From positions 8,184,001 to 8,248,000 of the forward strand of contig OZ024762.1 of the NCBI GenBank assembly GCA_964016885.1: DNA of 64,000 nt. The letters are read 5' to 3'. A program made the position numbers and the translations under genes. The notes beneath the pieces were generated by a model, which worked only from the letters and a program-made list of their open reading frames with translations, did not search any database and was not told where the DNA came from. Source of the stretch: Eledone cirrhosa (lineage: Eukaryota). Positions 27,692 through 40,623 of the stretch are shown here, piece by piece (positions within the stretch are counted from its first letter, which is position 1; every line of letters starts with the position of its first letter).

Positions 27692-27756
27692 TATTTTGTC
27701 TGATGAAAGCACACCATAATTTAACTTGGTGTCCTTGAAATATGTATAATGAAATA
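27692..27756 (+). ncRNA. HHR family C
   Basis: uauuuugu CUGAUGA aag-c-acacca..uggugu-c-cuu GAAA UAUGUA UA augaaaua. Confidence 0.7.
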
Positions 27757-27894
27757 AATATGGTTTTATAAATATAGTTTCCATTTGTTAATATCATATA
27801 TATATATACGGGGTAACAAATTATTGTTATAGGTAGTCCACTTAAGTGTAGTCCAGTTATGGTACTCCGGGTAGTGTATATATATATATATATA

Positions 27895-28486
27895 CATAAT
27901 ATATAAGATCAAAAGATGGTTAAAAGAGTTCCATGTATTTTATTATGCGCATTTCAAAAACAAATATCATCATGCAATAATATTTGTGTTTTCATCAGAT
28001 AAAATAGGAAGACATTATATGAAGGTTAAAAACACTTGTGAATAGTGCAGTTTTAAAATCAACATATGTTGATTTAAAACTGCACTATTCACAAGTGTTT
28101 TTTAACCTTCATATCATGTCTTCCTATTTTATCTGATGAAAACACAAATATTATTGCATGATGATATTTGTTTTTGAAATGCGCATAATATGTTGATTTA
28201 AAACTGCACTATTCACAAGTGTTTTTTAACCTTCATATCATGTCTTCCTATTTTATCTGATGAAAACACAAATATTATTGCATGATGATATTTGTTTTTG
28301 AAATGCGCATAATATGTTGATTTAAAACTGCACTATTCACAAGTGTTTTTTAACCTTCATATCATGTCTTCCTATTTTATCTGATGAAAACACAAATATT
28401 ATTGCATGATGATATTTGTTTTTGAAATGCGCATAATAAAATACATGGAACTCTTTTAACCATCTTTTGATCTTATATATTATGTA
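27895..28486. mobile_element. Family B HHR element: one inverted copy followed by three direct 124-bp units, each with an HHR core
   Basis: tcatcag at 27992; CTGATGA at 28133, 28257 and 28381; palindrome centre aacat|atgtt at about 28065. Confidence 0.8.
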
Positions 28487-28565
28487 TACTCCAGTCCTAC
28501 AAACTGTAGAGTGCTTTTATCCGATATCTGCATTGCTTTATTGTACTACAATAAAACTCACCTCC

Positions 28566-28623
<58 letters not shown>

Positions 28624-28759
28624 AATATATGAGATTATATATCATCATTGTTTAACATTATCTGTTCCATGCTAGCATGGGTTGGCCAGGTCTTTTCAAG
28701 CTCTGTCTCTCCACTCATTGTGGCCATCATATGTATATATATATATATATATATATAAA

Positions 28760-29008
28760 TATATTAACAAATGGAAACTATATTTATAAAACCATATTTA
28801 TTTCATTATACATATTTCAAGGACACCAAAGCAAATTATGTGCGCTTTCATCAGATAAAATATAAGGGTATGTCAATATTTGTTTATAAAACTGATCTAT
28901 ATTATATTTTATCTGATGAAAGCACACCATAATTTGCTTTGGTGTCCTTGAAATATGTATAATGAAATAAATATGGTTTTATAAATATAGTTTCCATTTG
29001 TTAATATA
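28760..29008. mobile_element. Family C HHR element as an inverted repeat (HHR minus 28799-28862, plus 28905-28969)
   Basis: Arms of about 105 bp around a spacer of about 35 bp; each arm carries CUGAUGA...GAAA. Confidence 0.75.
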
Positions 29009-29484
29009 TTGTATTTTTACTCCAAAAATTTGTTGAGTGCTTTATATCAGTTATAAAAATATTTGCTTGTTGTATCCCAACAAATTAAATATAACTTCTA
29101 CATATATATATATTTCAAGCATATGTGGTTTTTCAACCCTTGTAATTTTAGACACACGGTTTACTGTGTTTCTTACTATATATTGTTAATCGGCTCAGTA
29201 TTTATTTGTACTTTATACTTAGAGCTTAATGGTTACAGGGTTCTAATTCATATATATATATATATATTGTTATACTTTGGGAGGGTCATGTTGCCAATAT
29301 TCAGAAACGAAATATATATATATATATAGAAACGAGTAGGACCCCAACGGCTGAGCTCAAGCCGTTTCGACGGCTAATTCTGGACTAAAATTGCTACTCG
29401 TTCCTATTACCCACTCTACTACCCTAAGTATTGAGTACTTTGGTACGTTATGGTCCATCTGGTTCCTTACCACATTTCCTTCGT

Positions 29485-29515
<31 letters not shown>

Positions 29516-29937
29516 GTCGATCAACAAAATCTCAGACCTCAGTTACTTAACGAGTGAGGTGGAGCTCATCATATCGGACCAAGGAAACAACGTTTCCATC
29601 AGTCTTTCCAATTGCTCCAGTCTCCATCTATCTCACCACCCTATCTCCCCACATCATCTCCCGCTTCACCCTCTCTCTCACCACCCCCTTTTCCTTCTCT
29701 TCACCACCTCTCCCTCTCACCACGCCATCTCTCAACCCCTCTCTATCTCACCACCCTCGCTCCCTCTCTCTTCACCACCCTCTCCCTATCTTCAACCTCC
29801 TCTCACTCCACCCCCACCACCACCACTATCATTATACTGTAGTTTTATCATTTGTTATTTTCTTTATATGTTTCTATCAAAACTATTTCTTTCAGCAATA
29901 ACTAATACCACATGTTGGGGATTTATGGCCAACGTAT

Positions 29938-30582
29938 CTACACCACCACCACTACCACTACCACTGCCACTACATTACTACACCACCACCACTACCACTG
30001 CCACTGCCACTACATTACTACACCACCACCACCACCATTACCACTACACTACTACCCCACCACCACCACTACTGTCACTGTCATTACACTACTGCCACTA
30101 CACCACCACCACTGCTACTACATACACTACTACACCACCACCACAACACCAACACTACATCACCACCACCACCACTATACCCCCCTCCCCACCAACCCTA
30201 CCTCCACCACACCACCAGCACTAAACATTCACCACCACCACCACCACTACCACCACCTCCACTACACCACCACCACCACTACACCACCACCACCACTCCC
30301 ACTACACTACTACACCACCACCATTACCCACTACACTACTACACCACCACCACATCACCACTATACCCCCCCTACCTCCCCCACAACCATCACCACACCA
30401 ACACCACCAGCATTAAACATTCACCACCACCACCACCACACCACCTCCACCACCACCACACTACTACCACCACCACCACCACTAGTACACCATCACCACC
30501 ACCACCACCACCACCACTACTACACCATCACCACCACCACCACCACCACCACCACACCACCTCCACCACTACCACCATCACT
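29938..30582. repeat. (CAC/TAC)n low-complexity tract
   Basis: Direct observation. Confidence 0.9.
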
Positions 30583-30647
30583 AATCCCAAATTCTTGTTG
30601 GTGAGTAAACAGACACATTAGTGAAAAATCCTGGTGCTTTACCGGCT

Positions 30648-31400
30648 ACATGTGTGTATATATGTATATAGGCATGTGTGTATATATGTATATAGGCATG
30701 TGTGTATATATGTATATAGGTATGTGTGTATATATGTATAGGTGAATAGATATGTGTGTATATATGAATATATGTATATGTATGGGTATGTGTGTGTATG
30801 TATATGTGTATAGGTATATATGTATATGTGTACAGGTATATGTGTATATATGTATACATGTGTATATGTATGTATGTATATATGTATATCTGTGTGTATA
30901 CGAGTATATATATGTATATAGGCATGTGTGTATATATGTATATAGGCATGTGTGTATATATGTATATAGGTATGTGTGTATATATGTATAGGTGAATAGA
31001 TATGTGTGTATATATGAATATATGTATATGTATGGGTATGTGTGTGTATGTATATGTGTATAGGTATATATGTATATGTGTACAGGTATATGTGTATATA
31101 TGTATACATGTGTATATGTATGTATGTATATATGTATATCTGTGTGTATACGAGTATATATATGTATATAGGCATGTGTGTATATATGTATATAGGCATG
31201 TGTGTATATATGTATATAGGTATGTGTGTATATATGTATAGGTGAATAGATATGTGTGTATATATGAATATATGTATATGTATGGGTATGTGTGTGTATG
31301 TATATGTGTATAGGTATATATGTATATGTGTACAGGTATATGTGTATATATGTATACATGTGTATATGTATGTATATATGTATATCTGTGTGTATATATA
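30648..31400. repeat. 250-bp unit x3 built from degenerate TG/TA microsatellite
   Basis: ggtgaataga at 30741, 30991 and 31241. Confidence 0.9.
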
Positions 31401-31764
31401 TATATATATATATAGGTATATATGTATGTGTGCATAGGTATGTATGTATGTATGTGTGTATATGTGTAAGTGTGTGTATATGTATGGGTATGCGTGTGTG
31501 TATGTATGGATGTGTGAATATATTTATGTGTATAGGTATGTATGTATTTATATGTATATGTACATGTGTTTACATGTAAGGGTATGTATATACATGTGTA
31601 TATGTATATATATATATGAATGGGTATGTGTGTACATATGTATAAGTATGTGTGTATATATGTATGAGTATATGTGAATATAGGTATATGTGTATATATA
31701 TGTATATATATGTGTACGTATATGAATGGGTTTGTGTGCATACATGTATATGTGTTCATATATG

Positions 31765-31940
31765 CTTTGTGGCATAAAGTTATGCCCCTTTATGTTCTGA
31801 GTTCAAATCCCGCTGAGGTTAGCTTTGCCTTTCATCCTTACAAGGGCAATAAAATAAAGTACCAGTAACACACAGAGAGCCAATTTGATTAACTTTCTCC
31901 TCCCCTAAAATTGTTGGCCTTGTGCCTAAATCTGAAACCA
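31765..31940 (+). mobile_element. SINE family B
   Basis: gttctgagttcaaatcccgctgaggttagctttgcctttcatcc...ggccttgtgcctaaa. Confidence 0.75.
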
Positions 31941-32494
31941 CTGTTACAGTGCTCTCAACCAACAAAAGTGATTTGCATCTCTCACTCAAAAGGTCAGCCT
32001 TGTCACACACTGTCAAACTGAATCTCTCTGATAACTACATTAAGCGTACACGAGCCAGTGGAATACTCAGCCACTTGCATGTTACTTTCATTTCATAAAC
32101 AGACTGTTCCACTCATCGTTCGAATCAACAAAGATTCAATTCATTCATGTTCTGTTCTAGACATCTACAAGTGTAAATGAAGCTGGGTAGTTTCTGCTAT
32201 GACTTCTCTTAACTGTAATATTTATTTTTCCAATAAAATACATTTTCTTAGACATCTGTTTACAAAACAATCGTGTTTAGTCAATTATAATTCGTTCGTT
32301 CATCAACACTTTTGATACCAGACTGCCTGAAACAGATCCAGTTTCTATGATACAAAACTATTAGTTTTCAAGTGCTTATAGTCTAAAGGCAGCGAATATA
32401 TATACATCATCATCATCATCATTTTACGTCCGCTTTTGCCTGCTTGCAAAGGTGGGGTGGGTCCTATTCAGCTCATATATATATGTATATATAT

Positions 32495-32830
32495 GGAGGC
32501 ACATGGTTTAGTGGTTAGAGCATTGGCCTTGCAATCGAAAGGTTGTGAGTTCAATTCTCAGACCGGTTGATGTGTTGTTTCCTTGAGCAAGACACTTTAT
32601 TTCACATTGCTCCAGTTTACTCAGCTGCAGAAATGAGATGATAGGGACTGGGTTCCCTATCATTCCACTGCAAAGTGGTCGTGGAGGTGCCACGGCAAAA
32701 AAGCACCCAGTCCACACTGTAAATGAGGTTGGTGTTAGGAAGGGCATCCAGCTGTAGAAATCAAGCCAGAATCAGTTCCCCTCCCACCCTTGCAAGCAGG
32801 GAAAAGCGAACGTAAAATGAAATGATGATA
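32495..32830 (+). mobile_element. Full-length family A CORE-SINE, preceded by an inverted tail fragment (32405-32460)
   Basis: Near-identical to the reverse complement of 3605-3953. Confidence 0.9.
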
Positions 32831-32836
32831 TATATA

Positions 32837-33142
32837 TAGGGAGACCCAGAGCAGGCATTGTTTACAAATGGCTAGCGAATTTGAAAATTAGGTAGTAACA
32901 TGTGCTTACGCTGTATTTGACTACATGGAATTAGTCTGTTAGTTGGGATTTTAAAAAACCCTCTGAATGGATTCATGTCCCATGTACGTCAATACTCATC
33001 CTTTTTTTCCATTCAGAGGGATTTTTAAAATCCCAACTAACAGACTAATTCTATTGAGTCAAATACAGCGTAAGCACATGTTACTACCTAATTTTCAAAT
33101 TCGATAGCTGTTTGTAAACAAAGTCTGCTTTGTGTCTTCCTA
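32837..33142. mobile_element. Long-TIR MITE (about 134-bp arms, about 38-bp spacer) in a TA tract
   Basis: tagggagacccagagcaggcattgtttacaaa...ccctctgaatgg mirrored by ccattcagaggg...tttgtaaacaaagtctgctttgtgtcttccta. Confidence 0.85.
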
Positions 33143-33239
33143 TTTATATATATATATATATGTATATATATACCTGCTATGGTTATATAGCTTCTAATTG
33201 AATATATGAAATCTATAGAGCAACTGTCTCCAATTGATC

Positions 33240-33490
33240 TAGCTAGATCCAGAAGTGGGACCAACCAAGCTCATGGGTATTATCCAACTATCTTACTCAT
33301 GGTCTACCTCTCAGTCAGTCTCCTATTGGTTGGCTTTTCCCATAAAATCTGCCCTACTATTCTTTCCTAAGAAATTCTTATCACATCTGTAGTACCGGAG
33401 CTGTGATCTCTTGATTCGGAAAAGTAGCAGCTCTGCCTGGAGTGACTGCTGCATCTCCAGCCTACACACACTATCAAGTAACATTATTCC
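33240..33490 (-). pseudogene. Decayed LINE (RTE-like) C-terminal fragment
   Basis: SLQAELLLFRIKRSQLRYY resembles the LLLRIERSQLRW motif. Confidence 0.5.
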
Positions 33491-33583
33491 CAGGTCCCTT
33501 AAGAGGTACACAATCAAGTTACTTATATTCTTAATTTCCTCCAAATTCTTCATTATTTCCAAATTTATAGACAGTATCTTTTA

Positions 33584-34619
33584 TTAACCCTTTTTGATAC
33601 CACCCTAGCCAAAAAACAGCTCCAATTATATGAAACAAAACCCACACATTTTAAAATGTTCCTATTTAAATAAAAATCTTCCAATATAATTATATATAAG
33701 AACCATATGTTAAGTTACTTTGTAATGAAATAATAATTTTAGTAAATCCCTCCAAATTCTTCATTAATTAATTGAAATACAGTGTTTCTATTTAAATTTA
33801 AATTTATTTTCCAACACAATTATATATAAGAGCCATATGTTAAGTTCATTGATTTGACGAACTGAGAAATGTCATGCTCGACTGGGACGATTGGAGAAAG
33901 TCTGCTGAATCTTTGCGAGTGTAAACTCAGCCAAAGAAGATATGTTAAGTTACTGTCTTTGCAATGAAGTAATAATTTTAGTAAATCGTTCCAAATTCTT
34001 CGTAAATTTATGAAATAGAGTGTTCCTATTTAAATTAAAATCTTCCTACATAATAATATATATGAATCATTTCCAAATAAGGGGTTACGAGGACCCTTCA
34101 ATTTGTGTCATAAGACATGACAACTTCTCCTCTGCACTCAATATCAGGCATGTCAATCATGTGACCTGCGAGCCGCATGCAGCACTTTACAAGCACACCC
34201 GTGGCCCACACAAAAGTTTTTACAGAGCGAGCATGTTTTATCTTCGTAAAATTAGTTGTAATGTGTGCAATTAGTTGTCATGTTGTGGCCCTCAGACAAC
34301 ACATATGTGACCCATATGGACCTCGGTGGAGCCCCAGTTTGACATGCCTGCTCATTATGACCGTACGTAAGTGGGCTACAGACCCCTTGGCTCGTCTGGG
34401 AGGTCAGTAGCCCTGCTTCAATACTAACTTGGTCTGTGTAGACCTGTCCAACCCTTGCTAGAAGGGAAAGTGGATGTTAAATAATGATGATGAAGATGAA
34501 CCATATGTTAAGTTACTATCTTTATATTAAAATAATAATTTTAGTAAATCCCTCCAAATTCTTCATAAATTTATTGAAACAGAGTGTATTTCATTGGAGA
34601 TAGTCACAAAAGGGTTTAA
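33584..34619. mobile_element. Decayed piggyBac-type MITE interrupted by LINE remnants and internal duplications
   Basis: ttaaccctttttgatac ... gtcacaaaagggtttaa; ccatatgttaagttact...gtaaatccctccaaattcttc occurs about three times. Confidence 0.5.
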
Positions 34620-34931
34620 CATATGGTAATAAAAGGGTTCACTTAATAACAATCTTAAATTTTTTTTTTTTTTAATTCAGGTGTCGTGTGTTCTAGTTCT
34701 GTGACAATGGATGCCCAACACACACACATAGAGGGAGATATTGAAAGAAAAGACAGGACGTTTAGAGAAAAATCAATGGTGATGTCAAACAAAACAAAAT
34801 ACAGGAAATTCAAATAGTTTGAATAAATAAATTCGAAAATAGGAAGGACTTAAATAAACATGGAAGGTAAACAAAGAAAATGTAAAGATTGGGGGGGTTA
34901 AGAAGATACCCTAATCTATAAGATAACATTG

Positions 34932-35370
34932 ATCAACTGGTAGAGACAGGGTGGCCCCAGTAGCTAAACTACCAACTGGTAGAGATAGGATGACTCCAGT
35001 AGCTAAACTACCAACTGGTAGAGCTAGGATGACTCCAGTAGCTAAACTATCAACTGGTAGAGACAGGGTGGCCCCAGTAGTTAAACTACCAACTGGTAGA
35101 GATAGGATGACCACAACAGTTAAACTATCAACTGGTAAAGACAGAGTGGCCCCAATACCTAAACTATCAACTGGTGGAGACAGGTTGACCACAGCAGCAA
35201 AACTATCAACTGGAAAAGACAGGATGGCCCCAGTAGTTAAACTAAACTATCAACTAGTAAAGACAGGATGGCCCCAGTACCTAAACTATCAACTGATAGA
35301 GACAGGATGACCACAGCAGCAAAACTATCAACTGGTAGAGACAGAATGACCACAACAGTTAAACTATCAA
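34932..35370. repeat. 39-bp minisatellite, about 11 copies
   Basis: aaactatcaactggtagagacaggatggccccagtagct. Confidence 0.9.
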
Positions 35371-35899
35371 GTAGTTTAGGTAAACTCAATGATATATGAT
35401 AACACAATATCATAGCTTTTAACATCTTGTAATGATTTATAGCAAAAGATATCTAAAAACAAATTTGTTAATTCAAATGTTCATAGTGGACAGATTGCTG
35501 TAAAACTTTTCAGTATTATCTTTTAACATCCAGACAATATCTAAAAACAGGTTTAGTTCAAACGTTTAAAGTATCTTTACAAGTTGAGAGATTGTTGTGG
35601 AAATTTGAAGTAAATTAAAATTTCAATATTTAATGTGATGCAATCATAGAGGTGTTTTTTTGTTTTTTTTAAGAATGTCTTGCTAAATGTAGTTTTATGT
35701 GGTATAGGATATTAAGAGTTAAAATGTTCATAATGATATTTCTAATAATTTGGAAGGATTTAGTCATATAACAATCTTATCATTATCAACCCTTCTGATA
35801 ACAAATACACCATACACACCACACACTCTACACACCATACACTACACTACATCACACACCATTACACGACACCACATCATATACTACACCACACCACAT

Positions 35900-36185
35900 C
35901 TAAAAAAAGTCTGTCTTAAGCCAGAAGGCTCATTTGGCCGGTGCTTATCCCGGTTTCATGGCGTGAAGCGACTGAGAGTACAAGACTCCCCACTGGACGG
36001 GACACCAGTCCATCACAGAGTTAAACCTCCAGCTATTGCTGGCACTCATTTTAAGCTGAGTAAACTGGAGCAACGTGAAATAAAGTGTCTTGCTCAAGGA
36101 AACAACACATCACCCGGTCCGAGAATTGAACTCACAACCTTTCGATTGCAAACCTAATGCTCTAACCACTAAGCCATGTGCCTTC
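35900..36185 (-). mobile_element. CORE-SINE subfamily: same head as family A, different 3' tail
   Basis: Head and CORE match family A; the tail (cggtttcatggcgtgaagcgactgagagtac) is shared with the diverged copy at 7478-7728. Confidence 0.8.
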
Positions 36186-36896
36186 ACCCACACCACATCA
36201 CACACCGTTATACCACATCACACCACACCATATGATACATTACACTACACACTTCAAAAACTACACTACACACCATACCATACATCATACACCACAACAC
36301 ACCATGCAATAGACTGCACCACACATGTCAAAAACTACACGACACACCATACCGCACCACACAACACACTACATCACACACCTCAAGCACTATACTACAC
36401 AATATACCACACATACACTACACCATTCACCATATGATGGACTGCACCACACACGTCAAAAACTACACGACACACCATACCACACCACACAACACACCGC
36501 ATCATACCACATCACACACCGTTATACCACATCACACCATATGATACACTACACCACACACGACACAACTACACGACACAACACACCACACACCTCAAAC
36601 ACTATACTACACACTACACACCACATCAAACCATACACCACAAAACAACTGAAACTGCACCTGATTCTAAGATGCTGTACAGTTTATATTAAATTATTTA
36701 TAGTTATCTAAAAGCTTTCCATTACATGAGATGAATAATGAGAAAGCAAGTTATATTACCATACAGACTTGAATATAAGCTGTTCCGAATATAAGCCGGT
36801 CTGAAAATGGGCAAAAATCCCAACCCTGTTTATAAGCCAAGGCAGCTAATCAACACATTATGTTTAGATGATGTGGTTTTGAAATTCTTATGAGTA

Positions 36897-37103
36897 TCTA
36901 TATACTACTAAAACTCTGGTGGTTGCTTGCTAGCTTGTTTGCTTGTCTGTAATGTAATACAGACAGCCAAAAGGGCGCATAATGGGAAAATACTTTGAAA
37001 GGTAGTTGACCCTGAAATGGGAATACAAATGGAATAAAACAAGTTTCACGTAAATCGGAGCCCGGGTTTCCGAGATATGGGGTTTTTCCGGGTACCTTCA
37101 TAA

Positions 37104-37171
<68 letters not shown>

Positions 37172-37401
37172 ATAGAGAGAAAGAGATAGTGGTTGTGAGA
37201 GAGTAGACTGAAAGAGAGACAGAGAGAGAGGGAGAGGAGGCAGAGAAGGAGAATGGAAGAGAGAGAGAGAGAGCTGGTGGTGTTGTTGTGCATATATATA
37301 TGTGAGTGTCTGTGTATATATATATGAGTGTGTATACCTGTGTGTGTGTCTATGACTAGTGTATATTGATCACAGACACCCACATATATATATACACACA
37401 C

Positions 37402-37470
<69 letters not shown>

Positions 37471-37647
37471 GACACATTTACATATATACATACACACATG
37501 TATATATATATGGGCCATCCAGTTTCATTTCACATTATATATATGTCTGTGTATATTTTAATTATTTAAAAATCATTTTTAAGTGAACATGATTTTTAAA
37601 AAAATATTTTGTATTGAACATGACCCAACGGGTCACGGGTGGTCTAG
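36897..37647 (+). mobile_element. Non-autonomous Helitron-like element with internal microsatellites
   Basis: A|TCtatatactactaaaac 5' end; 3' hairpin tgaccc-aac-gggtca ending 8 nt before CTAG|T; A/T target with no TSD. Confidence 0.65.
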
Positions 37648-37844
37648 TAAAATATACTTATGAAGTTTTAATATTTCGATGTTTAAAATGTTTTAAGTGT
37701 TGTTAAGAGTATACCATTTATTTCACAGCTTCATACAGGAGACACGCCTTCCCATGGGCACAGACTCAAACATACATCTAGTAGGCACCTCTTAACTACT
37801 ATACTCCCACTCACCTACCCCTGTCCACACCACCCTTTCACTGT

Positions 37845-39462
37845 GAACAAAATATATCCAGCCCACACTGTAAGGTGGTCGTGTAGGTGACACGACAAAA
37901 AGCATCCAGCCCACACTGTAAAGTGGTCATTTTGGTGTGATGACAAAAAGCACCCAGCACACACTGTAAAGTGGTCATTTTGGTGTCATGACAAAAAGCA
38001 CCCAGCACACACTGTAAGGTGGTCGTGTAGGTGACACGACAAAATGCATCCAGCCCACACTGTAAAGTGGTCATTTTGGTGTGATGACAAAAAGCACCCA
38101 GCACACACTGTAAAGTGGTCATTTTGGTGTGATGACAAAAAGCACCCAGCACACACTGTAAAGTGGTCATTTTGGTTTCATGACAAAAAGCACCCAGCAT
38201 ACACTGTAAAGTGGTCATTTTGGTGTCATGACGAAAAGCACCCAGCACACACTGTAAAGTAGTCATTTTGGTGTGATGACAAAAAGCACCCAGCACACAC
38301 TGTAAAGTGGTCATTTTGGTGTCATGACAAAAAGCACCCAGCACACACTGTAAAGTGGTCATTTTGGTGTCATGACAAAAAGCACCCAGCACACACTGTA
38401 AAGTGGTCATTTTGGTGTGATGACAAAAAGCACCCAGCACACACTGTAAAGTGGTCATTTTGGTGTCATGACAAAAAGCACCCAGCACACACTGTAAAGT
38501 GGTCATTTTGGTGTGATGACAAAAAGCACCCAGCACACACTGTAAAGTGGTCATTTTGGTGTGATGACAAAAAGCACCCAGCACACACTGTAAAGTGGTC
38601 ATTTTGGTGTCATGACAAAAAGCACCCAGCACACACTGTAAAGTGGTCATTTTGGTGTCATGACAAAAAGCACCCAGCACACACTGTAAAGTAGTCATTT
38701 TGGTGTCATGACAAAAAGCACCCAGCACACACTGTAAAGTGGTCATTTTGGTGTGATGACAAAAAGCACCCAGCACACACTGTAAAGTGGTCATTTTGGT
38801 GTCATGACGAAAAGCACCCAGCACACACTGTAAAGTGGTCATTTTGGTGTGATGACAAAAAGCACCCAGCACACACTGTAAAGTGGTCATTTTGGTGTGA
38901 TGACAAAAAGCACCCAGCACACACTGTAAAGTGGTCATTTTGGTGTCATGACAAAAAGCACCCAGCACACACTGTAAGGTGGTCATTTTGGTGTGATGAC
39001 AAAAAGCACCCAGCACACACTGTAAAGTGGTCATTTTGGTGTGATGACAAAAAGCACCCAGCACACACTGTAAGGTGGTCATTTTGGTGTCATGACAAAA
39101 AGCACCCAACACACACTGTAAGGTGGTCATTTTGGTGTCATGACAAAAAGCACCCAGCACACACTGTAAGGTGGTCATTTTGGTGTGATGACAAAAAGCA
39201 CCCAGCACACACTGTAAAGTGGTCATTTTGGTGCCATGACAAAAAACACCCAGCACACACAGTAAAGTGGTCATTTTGGTGTCATGACAAAAAACACCCA
39301 GCATACACTGTAAAGTGGTCATTTTGGTGTCATGACAAAAAGCACCCAGCACACACTGTAAGGTGGTCATTTTGGTGTCATGACAAAAAACACCCAGCAT
39401 ACACTGTAAAGTGGTCATTTTGGTGTCATGACAAAAAGCACCCAGCACACACTGTAAAGTGG
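37845..39462. repeat. 48-bp minisatellite, about 33 copies, derived from SINE/RTE tail sequence
   Basis: tgacaaaaagcacccagcacacactgtaaagtggtcattttggtgtca; compare 32697-32723 and 43992-44020. Confidence 0.92.
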
Positions 39463-39942
39463 CAAGAAGGAGAGAGAGTGGGAGTGAGAAGGGAGAGAGT
39501 GGGAGTGAGAAGGGAGAGAGAGTGGGAGCGAGAAGGAGAGAGAGTGGGAGTGAGAAGGGAGAGAGAGTGGGAGCAATAGAACACAAGTTAGAAGTAAGAC
39601 TTCAAATCTTACGTAAGGTTGAAAAAAAAATCATTAGTAAGTCAGAGAAAAACAGTCAGCACGAGCGTCTATGCTTGATGTATGTATGTGCGCATATGTA
39701 TTTGTGAGAGTGTGTGCATATGTGGGTGTGTATGTGTCGGGGGTATATGTGTATTAAAATGCCATAAGGGACTAAAATGGTTAGTACCAGAAAGGGCACA
39801 AGGTTGGAAAAACATTGCCTAAAAAAGGACCCCATGGTAATCATGAAACATGTCAAGGAACCTACAAAGCTAAGCCCTACTTTAGCAGAGAAAAGGGCCC
39901 CCCAAAAGCTTGTTACATTTGCCATATGGTTTGACATTAGGA

Positions 39943-40550
39943 TATCATGTTTAATGGCCTAACATCACATTTTTAATGGCCTAACATCTCATGTTTAATG
40001 GCCTGTCATCACATGTTAATGGCCTGGCAACATCACGTTTCATGGCTGGGTATCATGTGTGTAATGGCTGATGTCACGTATTTAATGGCTAGACTGTAAA
40101 TGTGGTTGGTGTTAGGAAGGGCATCCAGCTGTAAAAGCTCCAGCTAAATTTACAGTCCTGTCAAAACAAGGTACAGTGTGGTCAATCCTGGCCAGACTTG
40201 TCTCTCGACGCAACGACCCGCCTGACCCATGCAAGCATGGAAACATGGATGTTAAACAGTAATGATTGATGTCACATGTTTAATGATAGAACATGGCATG
40301 TTTAACAGCATGTAGGAAGAACATCCTACATTATGCAGTCATATGCATGACAGATGAGCAACAAAAGCATCCAGCCATTAAACACGTGACATTTGGCCAT
40401 TAAACATGACACCCTGCCATTAAATGAGATATTTGACCATTAAATGTGACATCCAGCCATTAAACATGATATTTGACCATTAAATGCATGACATCCAACC
40501 ATTAAACGTGATATTTGACCATTAAACAAGCGACACCCAACCATTAAACA
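39943..40550. repeat. Two ~21-bp tandem arrays in inverted orientation around an RTE-tail fragment
   Basis: catgtttaatggc repeats (39943-40092) versus gccattaaacatg repeats (40374-40550). Confidence 0.7.
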
Positions 40551-40623
40551 GGTGGCATTCTGTCTAAGTTCTAAACTTCATGTTTTACTGGTTGCACCTT
40601 GTGTGAGCAAGGTTTGTAGTTAG

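Noticed and set aside
29275-29385. HDV-like ribozyme
   Set aside because: Has P4-like and GGCUAA elements but no P3/L3, and it spans two separate repeat fragments
32495-32570. tRNA gene
   Set aside because: SINE head that runs directly into the CORE domain with no acceptor stem or terminator
34951-35310. 13-aa repeat protein (MAPVAKLPTGRDR)
   Set aside because: 39-bp minisatellite open on both strands, with a frameshifting insertion and no gene context
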